A stretch of DNA of 64,000 nucleotides, from assembly GCA_964428725.1 (NCBI GenBank), contig CAYRYW010000009.1:468-64467 (forward strand). The letters are read 5' to 3'. The notes beneath the pieces are model-generated. The model did no database searches. It was not told where the DNA came from and worked only from the letters and a program-made list of their open reading frames with translations. Positions 56,315 to 64,000 of this stretch are shown piece after piece; position 1 is the stretch's first letter, and the number at the start of each line of letters is the position of its first letter. This DNA is from an uncultured Dehalococcoidales bacterium (lineage in GTDB: Bacteria > Chloroflexota > Dehalococcoidia > E44-bin15). The position numbers were made by a program, and so were the translations under genes.

Positions 56315-56770
56315 GTGGCAAAAGGGACTAAGGTTGCGGTGTTGGTTCCGGGAAAATACAACGACCAGCATGGCTGCGCGATGAAAAGGAATGTGGGAGA
56401 TGTTTTCTCCACCCGGCACTGGTATGCCCTCAAGCTGGAGGAGCGGGGATTGGTGGAGGTCCAGCGGGTCGGGGAGAGCGGGAAATCGCCCTCAGCTCTG
56501 GCGACTGCATTGGCGGAAAGGAAAACCGAAGAGCCGGAACCGGAGCCGGAGGAGACTACAGAGGAGGACCCGGGGCCCAGGGGTTTGTCGTCTGAGCTAT
56601 TGGAGGACGCCGGCCTTTCGCCCAAATTGCTGTATGAGGTGATGCAGCGGTGGTCTACTCTAGGAGATGTGGCTGATGCCACAGACAGCCGGCTGTGCAG
56701 CATTCGTGGGATTGGCCGGGCCACAGTATCTGATATCCGTCAGTTCTTGGAGGAGCAGGGGATAGAATAA
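56315..56770 (+). CDS. hypothetical protein with C-terminal helix-hairpin-helix
   Basis: 151 codons. GTG after AAGGAGGGAAACG. Acidic PEPE linker. C-terminal LCSIRGIGRATVSDIRQFLEEQG. Confidence 0.45.
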   Translation: MAKGTKVAVLVPGKYNDQHGCAMKRNVGDVFSTRHWYALKLEERGLVEVQRVGESGKSPSALATALAERKTEEPEPEPEETTEEDPGPRGLSSELLEDAGLSPKLLYEVMQRWSTLGDVADATDSRLCSIRGIGRATVSDIRQFLEEQGIE

Positions 56771-56771
56771 G

Positions 56772-57698
56772 GTGCACTACGCAACCCTATATCAAGTCAG
56801 GCAATATCTGAAGCTTGCGGATTCGGAAACTGGGGACGACGAACTGCTGAAGCGGTTTGTTCGTGAAGCTGTCAACGCAATCGACGAACGATGCCGGCGC
56901 AGATTCGATATTCGGTATGACACGCTAAGCTTTGACTATCCCCTGCCCAGACGGGACCGGGTAGGGGTCTATAGGGTCGATGACTTTGTGACCCAAATGA
57001 CTGCGGTGGCGGATTGGACCAAGCAGCTATTGCGCCTGGACAAAGACCTGCTGGAGGCCACGACCATCACCAATGGCGACGATACTTCCGTATCGTTGGA
57101 TGATGTGGTTTTCAAACCGCCCAATTCCTACCCCAAGATCTCGGTGGAGATCAAGCCCGGATCTGGAGAGAGATGGGAGTATGAGGATGACGGCAATAGG
57201 CTGCAGGTGATCCAAATTGCAGGGTATTGGGGGTACCATACCAGATATGGGGATGCCTGGAGCGATTCCCTGGATTCGGTGCAGGATAATCCATTGACCG
57301 ATAGCGCCACATCATTGACCGTGAGTGACGTCGGTGGCACAGACAGTGACGCACTCTCCCCCAGGTTCCAGGTAGGGCAGATGCTGAAGATCGAGGATGA
57401 GTTTTTATTTGTCGTGGCCAGGAATACTACCACAGATGTTATGACGGTGGTTAGAGGGTACAACGGAACCACAGCGGCACAGCACGCCAAGAGCACGACG
57501 GTCTACGTATACCGCCCCATGGATAAAATAGTGCGGGCTTGTTCCCGATTAGTGGTGTGGGCCTACCGCCAGAAGGACACAGACGCCTTCGATAAAGCCA
57601 CCATTTTGGGCTCCGGTGTGGCCATCACCCCGTCCACGATGCCGGCTGACGTCCGAGAGCTGTTGCCCAAGCCCAAACCGCCGAGACTAAACGATTAG
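56772..57698 (+). CDS. head-tail connector (gp6-like N-terminal region) protein
   Basis: 308 codons. N terminus ATLYQVRQYLKLADSETGDDELLKRFVREAVNAIDERCRRRF matches the pattern of gp6-type head-tail adaptors. Confidence 0.5.
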   Translation: MHYATLYQVRQYLKLADSETGDDELLKRFVREAVNAIDERCRRRFDIRYDTLSFDYPLPRRDRVGVYRVDDFVTQMTAVADWTKQLLRLDKDLLEATTITNGDDTSVSLDDVVFKPPNSYPKISVEIKPGSGERWEYEDDGNRLQVIQIAGYWGYHTRYGDAWSDSLDSVQDNPLTDSATSLTVSDVGGTDSDALSPRFQVGQMLKIEDEFLFVVARNTTTDVMTVVRGYNGTTAAQHAKSTTVYVYRPMDKIVRACSRLVVWAYRQKDTDAFDKATILGSGVAITPSTMPADVRELLPKPKPPRLND

Positions 57699-57708
57699 GG
57701 GGAGAATA

Positions 57709-58908
57709 ATGGCCAAAGAGCCGTGGCAAAGACAAGCGGGAACCATAACCCGGAATCTCGTTAGGACTCTTCGTGATTGCAGGAAGGACATAGAGGCAGC
57801 TATCAAGCTCATTCCAGGCAGCCGCAGTAAGGACACTATGTCACAGATACTGGCCGAGGGAGATTTGCATCTGGCTAGGTGTATCAGAAGCATCGAGGAT
57901 GTGGCCTATGTCATGGCCAGTGGGCCCTACACTCCTGTTCGATCAGCCGGGCAGGGGGGGCTGTTGGGGGCTCTGAACTCGGGGGAGGTCTCGTTTGATA
58001 GCCTGAAATACGAACGTGACGGGCCCACTATGACCCACTGGCAGGATTCAGCGGGCAATCGTATCACGATCGGGGATGTGGTCTCCTTTAGACACCACGG
58101 CAAGGATTTCCAAGGCGAGATCATCGACTCTGGGCATTACAACCCGATAGTGCGGGTTGGTCTGACTGCTTACGAGGTCTCTCCCAGGGCATTGGCCTTG
58201 AAGAGGCGGGGTGTGGGAAAGGCCATCCCTGGGAAAGCGAGAATCAGGCCGGGCGGCAGGGTTCGGGTACTGCAGGGCAGGCACGCCGGCGAATCCGGAC
58301 GGGTAACGGCGGTAATGTCCGGCGGCATTCCCGAGGCGAATGTGGAGTTAGACAGCGGTCTGCGCAGGACATTCCGGCTCGATGATCTGACTACCGATAT
58401 GGAGGCCTCACTGGGTAAGGCTGCCCCCGTGGGATCGATGAGGATCAAACCGGGCCAACCGGTGGTGATAAAGCGAGGAAGGTTTGCCGGCCAACCGGGC
58501 AGGGTTGTGGCAGTGTGGAGAAGGACCGGGGATGCCACAGTACGCCTGCACAGGGGAGGACAGGAGATCTTCTGTTTTGACAATCTGGACACCAACGTGG
58601 CCCCGCAGAGATCCTTGAGCACGGGGAGAATGTCCAGGGAGCAAGCCAGAGGAACAGCCGAAGAGCTGCTAGGACAATATCGGTGGCGGTTGGGCCACAT
58701 CGATCGAGCAGGGAGGGGTTGGGCCGTCACCTCGGAGGGGGTGGGTATAGGCAGGGGGGTAGTTGTCTCGATATCCTTCCAGATGGATGACACCGGAGAG
58801 CCCAGCAGCCCGATAACTATTTATGGGTTCGATGCCAACGGCAACGAAATGAGCGGCACGTCGCATTCCATGCTAAGCCCAAGCCGGGCGGCCAAGCAGG
58901 TAAGGTAG
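57709..58908 (+). CDS. hypothetical protein with three KOW/SH3-like repeats
   Basis: 399 codons. Repeats: IGDVVSFRHHGKDFQGEII, GGRVRVLQGRHAGESGRVTAV, GQPVVIKRGRFAGQPGRVVAV. Confidence 0.45.
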   Translation: MAKEPWQRQAGTITRNLVRTLRDCRKDIEAAIKLIPGSRSKDTMSQILAEGDLHLARCIRSIEDVAYVMASGPYTPVRSAGQGGLLGALNSGEVSFDSLKYERDGPTMTHWQDSAGNRITIGDVVSFRHHGKDFQGEIIDSGHYNPIVRVGLTAYEVSPRALALKRRGVGKAIPGKARIRPGGRVRVLQGRHAGESGRVTAVMSGGIPEANVELDSGLRRTFRLDDLTTDMEASLGKAAPVGSMRIKPGQPVVIKRGRFAGQPGRVVAVWRRTGDATVRLHRGGQEIFCFDNLDTNVAPQRSLSTGRMSREQARGTAEELLGQYRWRLGHIDRAGRGWAVTSEGVGIGRGVVVSISFQMDDTGEPSSPITIYGFDANGNEMSGTSHSMLSPSRAAKQVR

Positions 58909-58925
58909 AAATCGGGAGATTGCGA

Positions 58926-59321
58926 ATGGCGATGCGGCAGAGTGCCCTTATAGACAGAATCTCGGGGGGCATAATCAAGTCCTTAACCGGAAAAGAGTGG
59001 GACACTCCCAAGAATTATGGCCCGGAAGCGGAAGCCGCCAAGCGGGCGATCCGTGAGGGATGGAACAGCCCAGCCCGATTCTCTGTGAAGGAGCAGAGAT
59101 GGAAGCCGAGGATGAGCACTAGTCAGGACGTCGCCATGAAGCTCATGGCAGAAGCTTGGGCCCACCATCGATCCGGTGGGCTTCGAGAGATACCTCTGCG
59201 GCCAATTAACAGATCCACGCTTAGAAGTCTGCAATCTAGAGGATGGGTGGATAGCAGACTGCCAAAGCTGACGGCTCTGGGACTGGCCGTAGTGCGGGAA
59301 TTCTGGCCGGCATACTTGTGA
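58926..59321 (+). CDS. hypothetical protein (N-terminal LIDRISGGIIKSL)
   Basis: ATG at 58926, 6 nt after GGGAGA. The track ORF starts at a TTG at 58920. Confidence 0.4.
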   Translation: MAMRQSALIDRISGGIIKSLTGKEWDTPKNYGPEAEAAKRAIREGWNSPARFSVKEQRWKPRMSTSQDVAMKLMAEAWAHHRSGGLREIPLRPINRSTLRSLQSRGWVDSRLPKLTALGLAVVREFWPAYL

Positions 59322-59331
59322 TGATGGGTCG

Positions 59332-59778
59332 ATGAGTGTATCAACAGTTCCCCCAGCGATCGTGGCTTTGGATTGGTCATCTGCTGGTATCACTACAGCA
59401 GAGGACCCGCCCCCGCCATCCATCGAGACAGCCCAAATACCGATGCTGTATGTCCTGACCGGTGAAGCGGACTTTGACTGGGCAGACATCGATCAGGGTT
59501 GGGAGACCAGAATATACCGGGTCCAGGTGGCTGTAATACCTACTACGTTGGCAACACCGGAAACTAGGGAAACCAGGTGCCGGCCCGTCCTGGTTGGGGT
59601 ACGTGGGGTGCTCGATTCGGCCCCCCAGTTGGGCCAGACGCGCTATATTCAGAGTGCGACGATCGTGGGGGATAGCGGGATAGCCATCTTGCCGGAGTAT
59701 AACAGCAAGTATGTCGGATTCGAAATCCGCTTGCAGGTGATAGAGGTATTCGCCCGCGATTTTTCCAGCGGAGAATGA
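59332..59778 (+). CDS. neck/tail-terminator-like protein (by position)
   Basis: 148 codons, between connector genes and the major tail gene. Confidence 0.4.
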   Translation: MSVSTVPPAIVALDWSSAGITTAEDPPPPSIETAQIPMLYVLTGEADFDWADIDQGWETRIYRVQVAVIPTTLATPETRETRCRPVLVGVRGVLDSAPQLGQTRYIQSATIVGDSGIAILPEYNSKYVGFEIRLQVIEVFARDFSSGE

Positions 59779-59787
59779 GGAGGAAAC

Positions 59788-60072
59788 ATGAAGGCAATCG
59801 ACCCAGTTGGAGTGGACGGTGGGGGGGGCATCCCCGAGATCACGGTTCTATGCCCGTACTGTGGGGAACCGGTGCTGATGAAACGGCACCCGGATAGGCC
59901 GTGGAGATTGGTGGCGGCAGCGGGCTGCAAGGGCAGCAAGCCCCTGCCATTCCTAGAAACCAACATTCCTGTGGACATCGAAGAAGGGGAGGAGGAACCG
60001 GTAGGTCTTTCAGTGGGGGAGCCGCTTGAGGAGCAGCCTGAGGAGGGGGAAGCAGAGAGTGAAACTATATAG
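59788..60072 (+). CDS. small zinc-ribbon protein with acidic tail
   Basis: 94 codons. RBS GAGGAGGAAAC ATG. Contains CPYCGEP. Confidence 0.4.
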   Translation: MKAIDPVGVDGGGGIPEITVLCPYCGEPVLMKRHPDRPWRLVAAAGCKGSKPLPFLETNIPVDIEEGEEEPVGLSVGEPLEEQPEEGEAESETI

Positions 60073-61465
60073 CATTATTACGGGCACTGGCAGGTGCGGC
60101 ACATCCTATGCTGCCAAATTGCTGACCGAGGCCGGCATGCAGTGTACGCATGAACGAGTATGGGGGTTCCACGATGCCGATTGGGAAAACCCTGAGGAAC
60201 CGGCGGAGTCTAGCTGGGTGGCTGCCCCATTCCTGAATGGGCCGCTGGCCAAGGATGCCAGGGTGATCCACCTGGTACGGCATCCTAAGCATGTTATTGA
60301 ATCCTTGGTGAGGACCAACTTCTTTGATGAGAATACGGGGCGTAGGGATTGGCCGTACACCCAGTTCGTGTACGACAGAATGCCGGACCTGCTGAACATG
60401 GAATCGCAGATCGACCGAGCTGCAGCGTTTTACGTTCGATGGAACCGGATGATCGAGGATTCAAGGCCGGACGCGACCAGGGTACCCGTGGAAGCCGCGG
60501 AGCCGGTCTGGGAACAACTACCAAACCCCGATTGGCGCATTGATGAGTTGGGAATGGAGCAGGGCAAGAGGTATCTCTTGACCGGTGATCCTGGGGCCCT
60601 GCTGAAGGAGTACGGTCTCGAAGCCCCAGAAGACATTCGGGTCTCTAATAGAGAGAACCGGCATGGGGGCGTTTGGAGAAAAGTCCCGCTGAACCAGATA
60701 CCGGATGTGGAGATCCGGAGTGATGTAGTAGAGATGTGTAAGGAGTACGGATACGATCCCTGTCTCGGAGAGGACCCCAGGGCATTTTGGGCGGTATTGC
60801 TAGAGCGGAACGTGCAATGGAATTCGATCGATGCCCTGTTCGATCTGGCTAATGGGGCTACAATGGGGGGGCATACCAGAATATCAATCCCGTATGGCAG
60901 GACGGATACTTCCAGGAACCACATCGTCCGCTGTTTCCAGGAATTGGCCCAGAGCCCGAACGACATGATCATCATGTTGGATTGCGATCATGTTCATCCT
61001 CCCAATACGATAGACCGGCTGTTCAGACACGACCCAACGTTGGGAGTAGTGGCAGCTCTGGCCTTCAGAAGGGGGCCTCCCTACGACCCGATGTTTTTTG
61101 TTTGGGAGGAGAATGGGAGGAGAAGCAGGTTTGTTGCTCCCGCAGAGTGGAGACGGGGGGCCCTATATGAGTGTGATGCGATAGCCACCTGTGCTATAGG
61201 CATTCGCCAGTGGGTGTTTGTGGAGCTGGACGAAGCGGGATCTCCATTCCCGTATTTTCGATACTCATATGAGCGCGGCTATCAGATGACGGAGGACATC
61301 TTCTTTGCCATGAGCTGTATGCGGGCCGGCATTTCGCAGTACTGTGATACCTCCCTGGTGACCCCACATCTATCCACGATTGGTGTGGACGAGAACACGT
61401 GGGAGGAATTCAAGCAGAAGAACCCCTCTATCCTGAGTTCTCAGGGAAAGGAAATCGATCGATGA
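60026..61465 (+). CDS. bifunctional sulfotransferase-like / GT-A glycosyltransferase-like protein
   Basis: N-terminal ITGTGRCGTSYAAKLL and VIHLVRHPKHVIESL resemble the 5'-PSB and 3'-PB motifs of sulfotransferases. The C-terminal IIMLDCDHVHP (DxD) sits in a GT-A-like context. An alternative GTG start at 60059 would reduce the overlap with the upstream gene. Confidence 0.55.
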   Translation: MRSSLRRGKQRVKLYSIITGTGRCGTSYAAKLLTEAGMQCTHERVWGFHDADWENPEEPAESSWVAAPFLNGPLAKDARVIHLVRHPKHVIESLVRTNFFDENTGRRDWPYTQFVYDRMPDLLNMESQIDRAAAFYVRWNRMIEDSRPDATRVPVEAAEPVWEQLPNPDWRIDELGMEQGKRYLLTGDPGALLKEYGLEAPEDIRVSNRENRHGGVWRKVPLNQIPDVEIRSDVVEMCKEYGYDPCLGEDPRAFWAVLLERNVQWNSIDALFDLANGATMGGHTRISIPYGRTDTSRNHIVRCFQELAQSPNDMIIMLDCDHVHPPNTIDRLFRHDPTLGVVAALAFRRGPPYDPMFFVWEENGRRSRFVAPAEWRRGALYECDAIATCAIGIRQWVFVELDEAGSPFPYFRYSYERGYQMTEDIFFAMSCMRAGISQYCDTSLVTPHLSTIGVDENTWEEFKQKNPSILSSQGKEIDR

Positions 61466-62289
61466 CAGCACCAAATGCAGCGCGTAGTGGAGTTGGCTTT
61501 AGATCCATTCGGGTGTTCGCTTTAAACTCTGACGGCTACCTCGATGCAGAAAGCACCAACGTGGCGTACGAGGGTGTGGCCATCACCGGAGCCCGGGCCC
61601 TCACCTTGAATGATCCAGAGCCCCAGCAGATTGTCCATCGCGGCGATGATCGGGTGTTCGCCCTGGATACCCTGCCCCCAACCGATCCAATCAGTGGAGA
61701 GATGCGGGTCGGCAAGACCAGTGACACCGTAGATGCCGTCCTCACCGATGATAAGGCCTTCTATGTCAAGAGTGGTGCAGCACGTCTGTTCGGCATCGGC
61801 ACAGACAATCGGGGGGACGAAAGTCAGGTTGGTGTGCTGGCCTATCGGCAAGCCCTGGATACAGACCCGGACGGCACCGATTTCGGTGTCAGGCGTTGGG
61901 AATTCCGCATATTCCCCAAGGCCTACATTATCCCCAGGGAGGGAGGTCTAGTAGATACCCCAGAGGAACGGGCATATACTGTCCGCCCGTTGTTCGTCAA
62001 GGAGCATCTGTGGGGTGTGGCCTTCTCGACCAGCACTGAGGGATTCGAGCAAGCGCAGGGCCTACGGGGCATAGCCAAGAACAAGCCCAAGGTCATCGCC
62101 TATCAAGGAGACAACACCGTCACGACTTTTGCCCTGGACCCGGTGGCTGTCAATACAGACAATATCGGGGTATGGGTGAACGGGGTGGATTATTCTGGCA
62201 CGGCCACCCTAGCCACAAACCAGGTCGACTTTGGTACCTCTCCCCCAACCACCAGTGCCAACATCACCATTTTCTACGAACATGCATAG
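61462..62289 (+). CDS. major tail protein (candidate)
   Basis: The ATG at 61462 overlaps the upstream stop (ATGA). 275 aa, beta-rich. Lies upstream of the chaperone pair and tape measure. Confidence 0.55.
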   Translation: MTAPNAARSGVGFRSIRVFALNSDGYLDAESTNVAYEGVAITGARALTLNDPEPQQIVHRGDDRVFALDTLPPTDPISGEMRVGKTSDTVDAVLTDDKAFYVKSGAARLFGIGTDNRGDESQVGVLAYRQALDTDPDGTDFGVRRWEFRIFPKAYIIPREGGLVDTPEERAYTVRPLFVKEHLWGVAFSTSTEGFEQAQGLRGIAKNKPKVIAYQGDNTVTTFALDPVAVNTDNIGVWVNGVDYSGTATLATNQVDFGTSPPTTSANITIFYEHA

Positions 62290-62345
62290 CAGAGAGGGCA
62301 TATGACGAAGTAAAGGGGGTCATGAGACCCCCAGGAGGCAAATCG

Positions 62346-62642
62346 ATGTTAGTGAGAGCGAGAGACCGCAGGGGCCGGCCGCGGCTGGTTCGGGTGTCCC
62401 CGATAAAAGCCGGGCGCGCATACAGTTCGCGTAGTGGGCTCAGGGCCCAAAAGGAAAAGGCCCCAAAGGAGCTCAGTGATGCGGCCAAGTCTGTTCATCA
62501 GGCAGAGCGGGGGATCAGCAGCCTGGCCGGCAGCGCCACCAGCAAAGAAGGGGCCCGGTATTATAAGGATCTGGAGAAAGCCCTGCAGGATGCCAACCGC
62601 GCCATCATTCAGATCTTGAGAGTCAACGGTTGGAGGATATGA
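62346..62642 (+). CDS. hypothetical basic protein
   Basis: ATG at 62346, 7 nt after AGGAGG. 98 aa. Confidence 0.4.
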   Translation: MLVRARDRRGRPRLVRVSPIKAGRAYSSRSGLRAQKEKAPKELSDAAKSVHQAERGISSLAGSATSKEGARYYKDLEKALQDANRAIIQILRVNGWRI

Positions 62643-62914
62643 TGCCAATGAGAAGAGGGCGCAGAGTTTTGGTTCGGATACGCCGGCCGGCGCTGAAGGA
62701 CTGGCGGCAGGATCAAACATACGGGCCCAGAACCAAGGACCTGGTGCACAGTCTTGGTCAATCGAAACGGCACATAGAGCGAGCGTGGGCTCAGGCCAAT
62801 GCCCTGGGTGCGGCAGTTCGCAGAGAGGGAGTGGTCCCAAGCGGGTTGCCCGGCGAATTGCTGTCTGCCCTACAGACGGCCATTCGTATCATCGAGGAGT
62901 TGGAGGGCTTCTGA
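62639..62914 (+). CDS. hypothetical protein
   Basis: ATG-ATG at 62639/62642 after GGAGGA. It overlaps the upstream stop. Confidence 0.4.
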   Translation: MMPMRRGRRVLVRIRRPALKDWRQDQTYGPRTKDLVHSLGQSKRHIERAWAQANALGAAVRREGVVPSGLPGELLSALQTAIRIIEELEGF

Positions 62915-62925
62915 CAGGAGGGACG

Positions 62926-63300
62926 ATGGCTCTCAAAGAGGGGACGGTAGTATACGAGAAGGGCGAAATCCGGATAGAGCTGTTGGTTGGGGAGGCTTCT
63001 GTCCTAATGGGCATGCGCAGAACCAGGCTCAGGATGGAGGGCCGCAGGGCAGAGGAGGAGGACCCCGATCGGGCCCTGCTGCGGGTATTTTCCTACCCGG
63101 ACATGCTGGCCGCCACCAAGACAGCGGAGGGCATCCCGTGGCCCCTGGGCTTCGAGGAATTTCTGGCTCTGCCTGAGGGACTACTAGTCATGTGGGAAGA
63201 AGCCGTATACGAGCTGAACCCCAATTGGCTGATTACCGATCAAGTGGGGGGAGATGAGGAGCAGACAAAAAAAGTAGCGCAGAGCTCTACCGACGATTAA
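62926..63300 (+). CDS. tail assembly chaperone (G-like)
   Basis: ATG at 62926 after GGAGGGACG. 124 aa. Lies immediately upstream of the tape measure. A slippery A7 run sits near the 3' end. Confidence 0.6.
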   Translation: MALKEGTVVYEKGEIRIELLVGEASVLMGMRRTRLRMEGRRAEEEDPDRALLRVFSYPDMLAATKTAEGIPWPLGFEEFLALPEGLLVMWEEAVYELNPNWLITDQVGGDEEQTKKVAQSSTDD

Positions 63301-63515
63301 CATGCTGGCACAAGAGGGAATCCCCCGGCGAGGAGGACTTCCCAGACATCCCCCTGCACGACCCGGACGAAAGCTGGAGAGTCTGGACCCTCCTTGAAGC
63401 AATAAGCTGGAGATGGCCCCCAGACGTTCTGCTGAGGCAGCCGGAGCAGCTTATGGAGGATCTGGTGGCAATATCGTTTGCGTCATCCCGAGTGAGGGAG
63501 CGATTGAGTGAATAA
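62926..63515 (+). CDS. tail assembly chaperone frameshift product (GT-like, -1 frameshift at 63267-63273)
   Basis: I translated the -1 frame by hand from 63273. It is open for 80 further codons (SSAELYRRLTCWHKRESPGEEDF...RVRERLSE) to a TAA at 63513-63515. Confidence 0.55.
63267..63273 (+). promoter_or_regulatory. -1 programmed ribosomal frameshift slippery heptamer A-AAA-AAA
   Basis: In the zero frame the codons are ACA AAA AAA GTA. This is the canonical position for a G/GT frameshift. Confidence 0.55.
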
Positions 63516-63518
63516 AGT

Positions 63519-63549
63519 GGGGGGCCAAACCGGCCCCCCTCTTTGCTTT
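63519..63549 (+). terminator. intrinsic terminator-like hairpin with U-rich tail
   Basis: GGGGGGCC (63519-63526) pairs with GGCCCCCC (63532-63539) across a 5-nt loop, followed by TCTTTGCTTT. Confidence 0.55.
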
Positions 63550-63559
63550 AGGAGAACCG

Positions 63560-64000
63560 ATGGCGAGAGAGAAACTTCTGCAGGCAATTCTGCGGTTGTC
63601 ATTCGACAAGAGGACAGCCACAGAGGCCAAGCAGGGGGTGGTTTCAATAGAAGATGCCCTGGCCCGTCTTGAAGATAGGGCCAGCGCTACCCGCGATGCT
63701 CTGATAGAACTGCAGGAGGGGACGGAAATCCTGGCCGTGGCCGGGGAGCAGTTGGAGCAACTGGGACGGGGCATCGCCACACCCCTGAGGCAAGCCGCCG
63801 AAGAGTACGTGATGTACGCCGGCAGGGCGGATTCTGTGTCCAGAGAATGGCTGGACACGAGCAATGATCTGGCCAGCTCCCAGAGGAAGATTGGCAGGGC
63901 AGCAGCTCAGGCAGTCTTGCCCACGATGGATCGGGCAGCCAGACTGGCGGAGAAAGCATCTCGGTTTGCCGAAAGACACCCCGGCGTAGTCAGAGCGGCA
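63560..64000 (+). CDS. tape measure protein, N-terminal part (truncated by window end)
   Basis: ATG at 63560, 5 nt after an AGGAGAA RBS. I translated 147 codons with no stop up to the window edge. Helical A/E/R/L-rich. Position is right after G/GT. Confidence 0.6.
   Translation, partial: MAREKLLQAILRLSFDKRTATEAKQGVVSIEDALARLEDRASATRDALIELQEGTEILAVAGEQLEQLGRGIATPLRQAAEEYVMYAGRADSVSREWLDTSNDLASSQRKIGRAAAQAVLPTMDRAARLAEKASRFAERHPGVVRAA

Noticed and set aside
1-64000. Lysogeny module (integrase, CI/Cro-type repressor, excisionase), toxin-antitoxin or known defence systems.
   Set aside because: No ORF shows tyrosine or serine recombinase motifs or recognisable repressor architecture. The window looks like a lytic-type phage. 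The genome is not complete in the window, so their absence is not proven.

Overview
The window reads as most of the genome of a GC-rich tailed dsDNA phage. The tail module is siphovirus-type: major tail protein, a G/GT chaperone pair with a -1 slippery site, and a tape measure. I see no cellular flank, rRNA, CRISPR array, bona fide tRNA, integrase or repressor.

Layout:
- 1-4174 (+): distal tail-fibre/tailspike genes. The structural arm appears to continue from the right edge of the window round to the left edge.
- 4384-32706 (-): about 60 tightly packed early genes, often translationally coupled through ATGA/GTGA overlaps. They fall into four blocks, each preceded by a copy of one ~120-bp promoter/operator cassette.
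- 32707-32908: a divergent control region.
- 32946-64000 (+): small regulators and terminase, then an unusual ~10.5-kb insert between terminase and portal, then head and tail genes. The insert holds four paralogous helical proteins, membrane proteins, a clan-A glycosidase, a Cys peptidase and a 555-aa lipoprotein.

Recognisable functions: DnaB-type helicase, family-A DNA polymerase with a proofreading domain, two DNA methyltransferases, a TopoVI-A/Spo11-like Toprim protein, a dUTPase fused to a deoxyribosyltransferase-like domain, MazG-type pyrophosphohydrolase candidates, and a short PurA-family enzyme.

Main lead: the PurA-family enzyme and its neighbours resemble the PurZ/MazZ/DpoZ gene set of 2-aminoadenine (Z-base) phages. 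However, no HD-type DatZ is present and the accessory enzymes differ from the described set.

Other leads:
- a recurrent hydrophobic-K-A-G-G-D motif near the N termini of several head-module proteins, possibly a maturation-protease site or capsid-targeting propeptide;
- single-polypeptide protease-scaffold-capsid and portal-MuF fusions;
- a sulfotransferase-glycosyltransferase fusion inside the tail module;
- a stand-alone Spo11-like protein;
- a tRNA-like T-arm/acceptor fragment.

All functional calls rest on motifs read by eye. No database search was possible.
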